A stretch of DNA of 64,000 nucleotides, from the NCBI RefSeq assembly GCF_026210795.1, contig NC_089430.1, positions 5,456,001 to 5,520,000 of the forward strand. Reading direction: 5' to 3'. Below the pieces are notes generated by a model that saw only the letters and a program-made list of their open reading frames with translations, ran no database searches and was not told the DNA's origin. A program made the position numbers and the translations under genes. Positions 1 to 13,709 of the stretch are shown piece by piece; positions within the stretch are counted from its first letter, which is position 1; the number at the start of each line of letters is the position of its first letter. This DNA is from Rhizophagus irregularis (Eukaryota).

Positions 1-481
1 TAATGACATTTTCAAAAGTCAGCGACATATATAATGCATGATGTACTGAGCCTAAAAACTCCTTATTGGCTAAACCAAATATTAATTTACGTAGAAATAA
101 CAATTTAAATCTTTATGAATTTTATAGTAATGATATTAATTATATACAATGAAAATAAAAAGAAAGAAATTTTTTTAAGGTATTGAAAATTTGAATTATG
201 ATCAAAGAGTATTATTGAAATAAAATACTGAGTTTATTTATTTTTAATTTATGAAAATTTATTCTATTTTTAAACAAATGATATGACTTCGATCAATTTA
301 TTATTTTACATGATCGAAGAATATCACAATTTCGCCTCAGTATCGACCTTATCGAACTGATTTTACCACTTTGAGAAACGAAACGCCTCAAAGATCAGTA
401 AACAATTTCCTACATGATCCAATAATGAACACACGTTAAGGATGGTTACAGTCTACTGAAATTTTTTTGATATTGCATATA

Positions 482-1066
482 CACTACTTGGACAAAAGTA
501 ACGGGAATTCGTATTTATTAATTACTTGAAAATGTACATAATAATAATACCTGAAATTTTTATATGTGATGACGTAGACAATGCAGAATATATATTCAAA
601 ATTTCATTATTCTAGCATTCATACAACTACATTAATTAAAGAAAACTCAGAAAGAAATTTTAATAATTATCTATATATTATATAATAAAAATAAACAAAT
701 AGTCTGATACTGTCAGTTTATTTGGAATTATACATAATAATGATACCAGAAATTTTAATATGTGGCAGTACAGGTTCTTAATTAATATATATACATCAAA
801 TTACTTTTTTCTAGTTTTTGTTTTTATATGGATTGTATAAAAAATTGAAAGAAAATTAAATTTTAAAAACAATAATACTGTTGCTAATTACTAAATTTCT
901 TTTTTTAATTAACATAGTTGTATGAAGGCTAGAACTATGAAATTTTGAATATATATTCTTTATTATCTATGTTATTACATATTAAAATTTCAAGTATTAT
1001 TAATATGTATGTTTTTGAGTAATTAATAAAATATGATGAATTCCCGCTACTTTTGTCCAAGTAGTG
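482..1066. mobile_element. Tc1/mariner-type MITE (non-autonomous)
   Basis: About 29-bp TIRs (CACTACTTGGACAAAAGTAACGGGAATTC and GAATTCCCGCTACTTTTGTCCAAGTAGTG, 1 mismatch), flanked on both sides by TA; no ORF. Confidence 0.85.
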
Positions 1067-2222
1067 TATTTCTTATTTCTGGAAGGACTGAGGACGAATA
1101 TATATTGTAAACTGTGTATGTGATAAGCAAAGGAAACTGTTTGATTAATGATGACAGTTCTTTAAATCAAGATATTTCTTTAAGTGTTTTCCATTTTTTT
1201 ACGTAATACAGAAAGATATTCAATGTATGAGTTTAACAAGCAAATTATATTCATTGTACTTTTATCACGCTCTATATTTTAAACTTTTTAATCATTATTT
1301 ATTTAATCAAATAATTATGACATAAAATTCTACCTAACGTCATTCCTATCACTTTTATCATAAAAAAAAATGCCATTCAAATAAATAAATAAAGCAAAAA
1401 AAAAAACAATTCAATCCACCTTGTTTTAAGAAATCTAATGCTGAAAAGAATTTTTTTTAAAATTATAATGACCATTTTTCTTCTGTAAAAAAAAAATTGT
1501 CAACCGATCGGGTACTCATTCATACAAATATTTTTATTTTTTAAGATTTATACAGAAAAAAATAAATAAATAATTCATTTTTCGAAGAAACTACTTTATT
1601 CCATTCTATTTATGATAAGTTTACAAAGTAAAAAGAATTTTTTTTTTTGTTAATACTTTAAAAAGGCGTTAAATTATATTGAGTTGTGGGTCTTTTAAAT
1701 GTTTTTTTTTTTGTGTTTTGTTTTTATTAATTCATCTTTAGAAATTTTAACTAGAGACTCGAGTTAATAATAAGTTTTATACGGAATAGTTTTTTCTTTG
1801 TGTTTCTTTGTTATTATTAATGTAACTTTCTTATTTTTTTTTTAAGAACGTATCAACTTGTAAGTCAAACGAATAATTCGAGTCGACGTATTGACTTATG
1901 ATTCGTTACATATGTTGATCGAATCCCGACTCTTTGATTTTGTTGATGCATTAATATTTTGTCAATAGCAATAAAGACTTTATCAAACAATTGCCTTCTT
2001 TTAATAAAAAATGTTTACCTGAACCGGATAGATACCGACTGAATCGATCCGTTCAGAGCTTTATTTAAGTCGCATATTTTTACACGCGAATAAAATGCAA
2101 GAGTCGATCTGCAAATCGCTACGCTTTTTTAGTGCTAAATGATATACATCCTCTATATCCACAGTACAAAAAAAAATGATCGACGGAAATTTTTTCTTCC
2201 TCGAATTAATTTCATATTAATC

Positions 2223-3389
2223 ATGTTCATATTTAATTTAATTTATATCTTATTATTTATTCGAATTTCATTAACTGAATACGTTGATTATCAAAAAACA
2301 AGTATATTGGCGGCTTCAAATGATTCATTATTATGGGGAACCTATCGACCAAATTTATATTTTGGTACAAGACCACGTTTACCCGAATCATTATTAACAG
2401 GGTTAATATGGTTTGGAATCGAGAATGCGTCGAGTTTTAGTCGTATCCAATAAAATAATTAGGAATATTTCATTTTGATTTTTTTTTTGGTTTTTTTTTG
2501 ATTTTATTATTCCTTAAAACAGGTTGTTTTTTCCGTTAAGAAATTAGACATGCATGTGATCAGGGAGATGGATTAGATGAATATAGTTTTAAAAAACATG
2601 ATGGTCGTAATTTTGCTATACAAACATTATCTGATAGTAAAAATAATATTAAATTAAAAACTGAATTATTAAAAAATTCTGGAGGAGGTCACGGTATGAA
2701 TTATTAAAAAAAAGACCTTTTTTGTTTTTAAAATAATAAATTATTAACTTTATTTATAAATTTTAGGCGGAGATTGGGCAGTTCGTATATCTGGAACACC
2801 AATAAATAATAATAGTAAAGAAAAATTATTTTTTATTAAGGAAAGAAAGAATCTGTGAACGTGAAATTAATATTTTTTCGTGAATCTTAGAACCTTCTGG
2901 AATTTCATTTCTTTATTATTTTGGACTTGAAGGAGATGGTTCAATTGAATTGACTAATCCGTTGGATGAAATGGTGAATATTATTTATATTTATATTATA
3001 ATTATATACAGCATATATATTGTTAGTTTACATAAATTTTTTTTGTATAGGGTTTAGATACTCAAGTCGAACTTAAAGGAGAAACTCCAGATTTAGGACA
3101 ATTCTCAATTATATTAAAAGAAGGTAAAATTATTTTGTTAAATTTATTTCAATAATCTCTTACTTAATATCAAGATTTTAAATTTATAGATCCAAATAAT
3201 AGGATGCCATCAAATGTTCATTCAAAAGCATCAGAATTAGCCGATTTATCAAAAATTCATTATTGGGGACGTTTAGTTCCTGATGGAGATATTTGGCGAG
3301 CTAAAGGTAAATGAATAACAAGAAAAAAAAATATTTATTTTACAAATATCAAAAAATATTCATACGATTTTTTTTTTAAAAAAAAAAAG

Positions 3390-3441
<52 letters not shown>

Positions 3442-6099
3442 ATTACAGGGTCATTTGATTTCAAAATATCAGAATATAATAAAAAATCCGGAAACAAAAT
3501 CTATTCCTCCACCAAAATATTTATTTGCATTGAAAAATGAAGTCAAAGAAAATTCAAATTTTTTTATTTTTCAAAAGATGATTGAAGGACCTTTTCAAGT
3601 AAGATTTGTTATTTGAAAAAGTGTTTGATATAATAGTGTGTACGTGTTAACATGTGAAACTTTTTTATATTATTATTGTTATTATTTTAGTTTGATATAA
3701 TTTTTCAATCTAATTCATCACCTATTCATCTTGATTGTGAGTAAAGAATAATATATAGGAGAATTATTGTTATGTTTTCAACATATATACTTTTTCGAAT
3801 AACTTAAAACTTTTTTCATCATCTTCCATTATTGGTTTATTAGCCGAAAGTCTTACGTCTGGTCTTAAATCCAAATCTCAAGAATTTGATCAAAGATTTG
3901 AAAAAACATTTGGATTGAGGGAAAAAGGATTTAATGATAGTCAAATTTATTTCGCACAAACTATTATGAGCAATCTGATTGGAGGGATCGGGTATTCATT
4001 CATTTTATTGATATTTTTATTCATCGAGAATTACCGTTATTAATTGATCTTTTTTTTTTAATAGATATTTTTATGGGTCAAGCATTGTTGACAGATCATT
4101 TACAGATAGCGATGAAGATGAAGAAGAATTTTGGACAAAATATCGAGAAGCAGATCCAAGATTAACACCACCTTTAGCTTTATTTACAGCAACGCCATCT
4201 CGACCTTTTTTTCCACGTGGATTTTATTGGTAATTTCGTTTGTTATGTTTATATCCACAATGAAATCACTATTTATGAAGAAAAATTCCATTTTATATAT
4301 TATTAGGGATGAAGGATTTCATCAATTATTAATTGGTAAATGGGACAATGATTTAAGGTGAGGTTTGATGAGTTTTAATGATCTTTTTTTTTTATAAATT
4401 ATAGTTTAATATAATTTTTTCCTTTTGTTAGTTTGGATATTATTAAACATTGGGTTTCTTTAATTGATAATGATGGATGGGTTGCTAGGGAACAAATTTT
4501 AGGAGAGGAAGCTCGAAGCAAGGTTTGGAATTTTTTATCATTTATTACTTTTTATTTAATATAAAATATTTGAATTTTTTTTTATTTAGGTTCCAGAAGA
4601 GTTTCAAATACAGTATCCACATTATGCAAACCCTCCAACATTATTAATGGCAATAAAATCTTTTATGTTAAGAGTTGATAATTTAGAGAACAAAAATACT
4701 ATCAATATAGATGGTGAGTTTTTTTTCTTTAAAAATTTTTATAATTTATTATAAATTATTAGTTCAAAATTTTTAACTGAACAAAAAAATTTTTTTTTTT
4801 CTAATCTTTGAATTAGATATTGGAGAACAAATATTTAGTGATCATATTTTAAGTACGACAGATCCAACAATTATTTCGTCAAGATTTATGTTAGATAAAA
4901 AATTGGCAAATGATTTCTTGAAAGAAATTTATCCAAAATTAAAGTTAAATTATAAATGGTTTAGAAGAACTCAATGGGGTGAAGTTAAAGAATGGGGTAG
5001 AAGAGCAAGAAGCAGAGAAGCTTATAGATGGCGTGGTCGAACTCCTGGACATACCTTAACTTCTGGTATACAAATTTTTTTTTTTTATGCTAAAAATTAA
5101 AAAAAAAAACTATATAAATAAAAAAAATCTATTTATTTACCCGATAGGACTTGATGATTACCCTAGACCAACACCACCACATCCCGCTGAATTACATGTT
5201 GATCTTATGTGTTGGGTTGGATTTATGGCAAGATCACTTAAAGAAATTGCAGAAAGGTTAGAAGAGGAAGATGATGCTGATGATTACACGAAAGAATACA
5301 AAAATATTGTTGCTAATTTAAATGGTAAATTAAAACCACCTTTTTTAGTTATTAAATTGTTTGATAAATTTATTTATATATAAATATATTTATACTAGAT
5401 CTACATTGGAGCGAAGAACATGATGCTTTTTGCGATTTATCAGTTGATGAAGATGGTAAGATTTATATGAAGATATTTGTTAGTTTCAAGCGACTATCCT
5501 GCAACGTCGTTATTTATATTCTAATTATCTTCTTTTTTTCTTAGAGGACTCAATATTTGTTTGTCATAAGGGATATTTATCATTATTTCCAATGGTATTA
5601 GAATTACTACCTAATGATTCGCCAAAATTAGGAGCAATATTAGATATGATTTATAATCCGAGCGAATTATGGTCAAAGTAAGATAACATCTTATTATTAT
5701 AATAATCCTTAAATAATTCCTTATTATATATTTCTTATTCATATCATTCATATTTTATTAGATATGGGTTAAGATCATTATCAAAATCTGATAGATTTTT
5801 CCATACAGGAGAAGACTATTGGAGAGGAAATGTATGGATGAATATCAATTATTTAGTGTTATCTTCATTGTACAAAGTAAGAATGTTTAAAAATAACTTA
5901 ATTACATGAGTTTCAAAATTGTCCAATATTTTAAAACGTGATTTATTTTTTTTTATAGAACTACGCAGCTATTGAGGGTCCCTATAAAGAGAAAGCAAAA
6001 ACTATATATAAAGAGTTGAGAATTAATATAATTGAAAATGTTTATAAGGTAAAGTGATTTAAAATTTTAATATTGATTTCGGATTTAGCTTGATTTAAC

Positions 6100-6138
<39 letters not shown>

Positions 6139-6361
6139 TCAGGAATTTGAGAGAACCGGCTATGTATGGGAACAATATTCAGAAGATACAGGTGTAGGTT
6201 TAAGGAGGTAAGTTAAAGATTATTAAACGAATTGAAAAATAATGTTTTGATACGTAATAATATAATATTAATTTTTTCTTTTTTTTTTTTAATTACATAA
6301 TAGTCATCCATTTACAGGTTGGACGTCCTTAGTAACATTAATTATGGCGGAGGAGTATTAA
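2223..6361 (+). CDS. CWH41: Mannosyl-oligosaccharide glucosidase / ER glucosidase I (GH63), about 20 introns
   Basis: Exon peptides [111 protein letters not shown] and HPFTGWTSL, with GT-AG introns and TAA at 6359-6361. The start could instead be the in-frame ATG at 2139. Confidence 0.93.
3378..3439 (+). repeat. About 60-nt poly(A) tract inside a glucosidase intron
   Basis: Homopolymer run directly visible between donor (~3308) and acceptor (~3448). Confidence 0.9.
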
Positions 6362-6949
6362 ATTATTTTAATATAGAAAAAATTAATGTTTTTTTTTCTT
6401 AAAAAGGAATTTTTTTTTTTAATTATTAATTAATTTTCTTTATTAATTAATTTTCTTTATAATTTATTTTTTTTCTCTTTATTTGATTGATTATCATCTT
6501 TTTATTTATTCAATTTTGAAAAAGTTATTTAATAAAAAATCAATAAAAAATAGAATTTTTTATTCTTTAAAAATTTTATAAAATCAAAGTAAATAATTTT
6601 ATAATTTTATATTGATAGAATTTATTGATTAACAATACAACTTTTAAAAACGACATTTAAAGAAAATGAACTAAATCTTATTAAAATAACTTGTATAAAA
6701 TGAATATTGCAATTAACAGTCTTTTTTCATCGTTACTATAATATTCTTATAAAAAAAAAGATACTTTCAGGAATTACATTATTATTTCTTAAGTTCTTAC
6801 ATATATATTTCTTCAAATTAATTTATTTATGATAAAAAGATTATAGAAGAATCTATAAAGCTTTAATCTTTATTAAATTTTTTGAAAAAACACAGTATAA
6901 TATTAAACAAACCTAATAATTTATTATCATAAACAACAATTAATCAAAT

Positions 6950-7508
6950 GTTTTTTATTGGCCGGAGGAAGAATTTTACGATCTTCAAAAAAAGGATTGG
7001 TACAAAAATATTAAAGAAGCAACCACTGGAATAGTTAAAGTACAAAATGCTAAAGATTAGTTGGCTCAAAAAAAGATTTTGGATGAAGATCTATACGCTT
7101 ATAATCAAATTAACGCGTCATCTAGCCGAAAAAAAACAGCAACGAAATCTACGGACGGCACAAAAGAAGGGAAGAAACGCGTTATGGAAAGTGAAGAAGA
7201 AGAGGAATGGCAAGCTGTGCAGAGAAAAGACAAGATCAAAATAAAAATAAAAAAACAAAATAGTTTAGTTTTATATTGGTTTAATTATTGGTTTTTGTTT
7301 CTTTCTTGTACACTTTATTTTAGGATAGTTCTAGTGTAGATTACGTAAAATATTTTAGGATAGTTCTAGTGTAGATTACGTAAAATATATAGATAGTAAT
7401 TTAGTTATAAAGGTGCGGCTATTCTTGATACGTACTTTTAGGTATTTTCTCAATTGTAATCTATGATTATAATTAATAAAGGAATGCGTTACTGATGTAA
7501 AAAAAAAA
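6950..7508 (+). mobile_element. Probable degenerate retroelement 3' remnant with a short tandem duplication
   Basis: K/E-rich reading frame broken by a stop, a ~36-bp tandem duplicate at ~7317-7390 and an A-run at 7499-7508; no diagnostic domain. Confidence 0.3.
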
Positions 7509-9011
7509 CGATATTGGCCGGATTAATTCGGACTGCCCTAACGTAACCCCGGCGGTGATGAAACGTCATGTGAATTTCGGGACATTTTTTTCAAGGGTAA
7601 CCGTCGGAAAAATCCCCGATTTTTGCAGTTGCGCTATTTACGCGGAAAAAAAATGATCAAATGATTTTTAACACTAATCTATGAATTCAATATTCAAGTT
7701 ATGCAACGATAGGATTATCTTAGGATACCCTAAGATTTTATCAGATTGTACAAATTCTTATATAAATTTATGTAAATATTATAAAAGAACGGCATAATTA
7801 AAAATTTTTTCTATTTATTACAGTTGTGATATATTATTTAATTTTTTAATACAATAGAACAAAACCATATAAAATAAAAACAATAAAAAAAATATAATAA
7901 TAGTATGCTTAAAAAGAAATAAAATTCCATATATGACTGATCCTATTAATAAATCTCAATTATTCGATTACAGACTTTTCAGTCTTAATATGCTTAACTA
8001 TAAAGTAAAAATTATGGATTAGTTGACATCCAGTCTGGATGTCAACTAAATATCCAGTGTTATTAATAATGTGATATAAAAGTAATAAATTTTACTTACT
8101 GTGATCTTGAGTTTCAGTTTGTAATACTTTAGTGATATCACGTTTTTTTGGTCTATATTTTAGATTGTATTTGATGAAAAAGTACTAACTATATTAATTA
8201 TATTAAGATAAAATTTATAAAACATAATTTAAATATTATTGCTTTATGTCTAAATCAAGACTCCATTCGGGTTTGTGATAAACTTTACTAGGTAATACTA
8301 TATTATTCAATTTCAGAATAATAAATCGCGCTATTACATGTAAGTCTGTAGATTGAAATGGTGAAACTCTCTTATTTTTAGTTCTTCAAATATGGTAAAT
8401 ATTTTTTTAGAAGCCAGCTTAAATTCAAATTTTAATCAATTTATGTTATCATTTCACATTACAGCATTATATATTATTTTAAGAGCAGCAGTTTCCAAAG
8501 AACTTTTTTAAACTAATGTAATAGTATTAGTTCTATTGTCACATAAAACATTTAAGTTAATAAGCACTGGATGTTAATAAATATTACAATTGTAAAATAT
8601 CGGCAAGTTAATTTTTAAATTTTACAATAATAAATTCTTTTTGCATTAAAATCTGAATTATATTCATTCCAATTAATTTTATTCTTTTATTATGTTTTAT
8701 ATTTTAAAAATTTAAATCGTTATTTATTTAAATCAATGAATACAAACATAAATATAATTAAATATGAAGTCATTATGATTTAAAATTCTACCTAACATAA
8801 TTTATATATAAAAAAAAAAAAAATTTTGCAATTCAAATAATTATAGAAAAGCAAAAAAAAAAAAATTCTATCTCCCTGGATTTTAAGAAAGCCGATGTTA
8901 AGCAGAATTTTAGATTATAATGGCAAATTTTTTGAAAAAAAAAATAATAATTTTATAATTAAACTCGGTATAGCAGCAAAAAACTAAATAAGGATATATA
9001 TAATTATAATT

Positions 9012-12000
9012 TTATTCTATTCCATCTTTTTTTCTTTCACTCTCAGATTCGTTATTTTGACTTAAGAAAAAATTTTTTCCTTTACTCCCCGATTCGCTAT
9101 TTTGACCTAAGAAAAAAAAAGATTATATTAATTACGAATTGAAAAAAACGTGATTATTATGCAGAAAATAATATTTACTATCTTCATTATCATTCAATCG
9201 AGAAATATTGATTTGTGAAGATTCTATTTAATAAATTAAGACTTATTGTTAGTATTTATAAACTAAATATTCTTAAAATTATAAGTGGAATATTACCATT
9301 TTTGTTAATATTCAACTGAGAAATATTGATTTGACAAGATTCTATTTAATAAATTGATACTTTATTATTAGTATTTTATACATTAAATATTTTTAATGTT
9401 GTAAGTAGAATATTTACCATTCTCGTTAATATTCAATTGAGAAATATTGATTTGTAAAGATTCTATTTAATAAATTAAGACTTATCATTAATATTTATAA
9501 ACTGAATATTCTTAAAATTATAAGTGGAATATTTACCATTTTCGTTAATATTCAATTGAGAAATATTGATTTGCAAAGATTCTATTTAATAAATTGATAC
9601 TATTAGTATTTTATAAACTAGGTACTTATAAAGTCATTACATAAGTATGCTATTTACCACTAGTATTAATATTCATTTGAGAAAAGTTAAGTTGTAAAGA
9701 TTCTATTTAATAAATTAAAAGATTGTTATTAGTTGAATATTGACTAATATATTTAAAAAGTAACAATTAACAAAACATTTAATTAATACCTGAATATTCT
9801 TTGCTTATTATATTATCATTTTGTTCATAATAATCATCGGAATTTTTTGGTTCAGGAAGATTACTAAAATCAAGTAATCTACTTGTATAACTAGCTTCTG
9901 AATGTGTGTTATATATCCCTAAATTAGATGTAATGTTATTTAATGAATTGCTGTTTATTTCATCTGCTTCCTTAATTTGTGCTTGTAACTCTTCGTTTGA
10001 TCCATTATGCCATCTTCGTAAAATATTGTTTATTTCTTTTGTTATTGGCCGTTCTGATGGATTGGCATCTAAGCATCTTTTAATTAAATGTACAATTAAT
10101 TGTGGTACTTTAATGTTAAACCTCGGTCTAAATCCTTTACAAATTTTTATTGCTAGATTATTATCATGTTTTAAATCATGATATGGGGATAATCCAGAAA
10201 TTACTTCATACATTATTATACCAAAACTATAAATATCAGTAGCTTTGGTATAATTTTGTCCTCTTAAAATTTCAGGGGCTATATAAGGTAAAACACCATA
10301 TATGTTGTTTTTTGCATTCTCTAATTCATTATAATTTGCAGGTTTACATAATCCCATATCAGTTATAGCAGTTTTATATTTAAACTTTAATATATTCCCA
10401 ATATGCAAATCTCGATGAATTAATTCCTTTTCATGAATACATTCAAGTCCATTTACAATATGTCGTAAATAATCAAACTTTTTATTCCAATTAAGCTTAC
10501 TATATTCTTTATCTAAATAATTTCGTAAACTTCCATCTTCTGCATAATCTAAAATCATTATATAATTTTTCGTTTCTGGATCCTGTGTTATCCCATAAAA
10601 TCCAACAATCACAAAATTATCCATTCCTACTTTATTATGCAATATAAACTATGTGAATGCAATATTACAAAATATTTTAGTAACACTAATAATTTAAATT
10701 TTATTAACATAATAATAAATTAAATTAATCAGATAATACCTCATTAATAAATTCTGGTGTAATATTTTTTGAATTATTCAAACTTTTCAGAGCTACCAAT
10801 ATATCATTGCTATTTCTTTTCCATTTTTGATTTTTACTATCCCAATCAGTTATAAATCCATTAGTTAAATATGCTCTGTATACTTTTCCGAACCCACCTT
10901 TTGCAATATATTTAATATCATAAAATCTATTATAAGGTATCCATTCCAATGCTTCCTTTACATCTTTATGAGCTGATAATTGAGTATCTTGAATAAATTT
11001 ATCAATATCATCATTACCACTAGTCCAATTTTCAAAATTTCGTTGAAAGTATATTGAATTACAGTATATTTTATTACACTCTTTACATTTATTATTCAAA
11101 ACTATCATCATATAATTTTTTGTTTCTGGATCCTGAGTTATTCCATAAAATGTATGTTCAATTTTAATCTACAAATGTAATAATATGTTAGAAAAATAAA
11201 ATTTTAAAATTTTGTTGAGTAATAAGCTTATTAGTATACTACCTTATTTGCAAGTTCAAATGTAAGATCATTGGGAGTATTTAAACTTTTCAAATTCACA
11301 AACATATTAAGATTGTTTCTTCTCCAATTTTGATTTACATTATCCCAACTTTTATCATTTTCATCATAACTTATATATCCATCAATCCAATTTGCTCTAT
11401 ATACTTTACCAAAATCATCTTCTGCAATATATTTAATATCATGAAATCTATCATAAGGTATCCATTCTAATGCTTCTCTTGCAACTTTATGTACTGATAA
11501 CTGAGTATTTTGAATAAATTTATCAATATCATCATTGCCACTAGTCCAATTTTCAAAATTTTGTTGAAAGTAAATTGAATTACATATTTTATTACACTCT
11601 TTACATTTATTATTCAAAACCATCATATAATTTTTTGTTTCTGGATCCCAAGTTATTCCATAAAATTCATGTTCAATTTTAATCTACAAATGTAATAATT
11701 TATTAGAAATAAAGTATTTATAATTTTGTTAATAATTAACTGAAGCTTATACCTCATTTACAAATTCTAATGTAAGAATGTTTGAAGTATTTAAACTCTT
11801 CAAATTAACAAACATATTGCATCCTTCTCTTATCCAATTTTGATTTTCATTATCCCAACTTCCACTATTTTTACAATCACTTATATGTCCATCAATCCAA
11901 TTTGCTCTATATACTTCACAAAACTCATCTTTTGCAATATATTTAATATCATGAAATCTATCATGAGGCATCCATTCTAATGCATGTGATATTTCATTAT

Positions 12001-13709
12001 CATTATGAACTGATAGCTGGCTATCTTGAATAAATTTGTCAATATCATCATTACCACTAGTCCAATCTATGAATTTATATTGAAAGTGTATTGTGTTACA
12101 TATTTTGTTGCACATTTTACATTTATTACTCAAAACCATCATATAATTTTTTGTTTCTGGATCCTGAGTTATTCCATAAAATTCATGTTCAAATTTAATC
12201 TACAAATGTAATAATTTATTAGAAATAAAGTATTTATAATTTTGTTAATAATTAACTGAAGCTTATACCTCATTTACAAATTCTAATGTAAGAATGTTTG
12301 AAGTATTTAAACTCTTCAAATTAACAAACATATTGCATCCTTCTCTTATCCAATTTTGATTTTCATTATCCCAACTTCCACTATTTTTACAATAACTTAT
12401 ATGTCCATCAATCCAATTTGCTCTATATACTTCACAAAACTCATCTTTTGCAATATATTTAATATCATGAAATCTATCATAAGGCATCCATTCTAATGCA
12501 TGTGATATTTCATTATCATTATGAACTGATAGCTGGCTATCTTGAATAAATTTGTCAATGTCATCATTACCACTAGTCCAATCTATGAATTTATATTGAA
12601 AGTGTGTTGTGTTACATATTTTGTTGCACATTTTACATTTATTACTCAAAACCATCATATAATTTTTTGTTTCTGGATCCTGAGTTATTCCATAAAATTC
12701 ATGTTCAAATTTAATCTACAAATGTTATAATATATTAGAAATAAAATATTTATAATTTTGTTAATAATTAACTGAAGCTTATACCTCATTTACAAATTCT
12801 AATGTAAGAATGTTTGAAGTATTTAAACTCTTCAAATTAACAAACATATTGCATCCTTCTCTTATCCAATTTTGATTTTCATTATCCCAACTTCCACTAT
12901 TTTTACAATAACTTATATGTCCATCAATCCAATTTGCTCTATATACTTCACAAAACTCATCTTTTGCAATATGATATTTAATATCATGAAATCTATCATG
13001 AGGTATCCATTCTAATACTTCACTTACATCTTCATGAGCTGATAACTGAGTATTTTTAATAAATTTATCAATATCATTATTGCCACTAGTCCAATCTATG
13101 AATTTCCGTTGAAAGTGAATTGAATTACATATTTTATTGCACCTTTCACATATATTATTCAAAACCATCATATAATTTTTTGTTTCTGGATCCTGAGTTA
13201 TTCCATAAAATATACGTTCAAATTTAATCTACAAATGTAATGATATATTAGAAATAAAATATTTATAATTTTGTTATGTAATTAACTGAAGCTTATACCT
13301 TATTTACAAATTCTAATGTAAAAATGTTTGGAGTATTTAAACTCTTCAAATTCACAAACATATTGTATTCATTTCTTATCCAATTTTGATTTTCATTATC
13401 CCAACTTTTATCATTTTCATCATAACTTATATATTCATCAATCCAATTTGCTCTATATACTTTACCAAACTCATCATCTTTTGTAATATTATACAATTTA
13501 TCATAAGGTATCCATTCTAATACTTCTAATACTTTACTTACATCTTCATGAACTGATAACTGAGTATTTTGAATAATTTTATCAATATTATCATTACCAC
13601 TAGTCCAATTTTTAAAATTATGTTGAAATTGTATTGAATAACAGATGCAATTACATTTTTTACATATCTCGCTAGCATCTGATAGCTTAATTAGCCCAAA
13701 AGAATCCAT
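9012..13709 (-). CDS. Kinase A: tyrosine-kinase-like protein kinase with 6 N-lobe modules (5 degenerate, 1 intact) and a C-terminal micro-exon tail
   Basis: ATG 13709. Modules at ~516-bp period are joined by phase-0 introns. The last module has AKGGFGKVY and VALK; the catalytic exon has HRDLHIGN, TDMGL, YIAPE and DIYSFG. Five 45-nt exons follow, then terminal exon 9106-9012 ending in TAA. Confidence 0.88.
9179..9702 (-). repeat. Tandem array of five 45-nt micro-exons plus introns (~119-bp period)
   Basis: Exons 9702-9658, 9581-9537, 9462-9418, 9341-9297 and 9223-9179, each bounded by ttaaatAG and GTaa, encoding ESLQINISQLNINEN-like 15-mers. Confidence 0.9.

Noticed and set aside
482..1066. 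CACTA element (begins CACTAC)
   Set aside because: TA on both flanks and the TIR style fit Tc1/mariner better.
3378..3439. Poly(A) as a retro-insertion tail
   Set aside because: No TSD or element body; could be an expanded homopolymer or an assembly artefact.
9179..9720. CRISPR array (also 63390-63810)
   Set aside because: The repeats are bounded by AG/GT, keep the reading frame of a kinase, and the spacers are related introns; eukaryotic context and no cas genes.
9906..10181. Antisense ORFs over kinase, transposase and GIN1 exons (e.g. 22302, 23039, 42567, 58184)
   Set aside because: Shadow frames of real coding sequence on the opposite strand.
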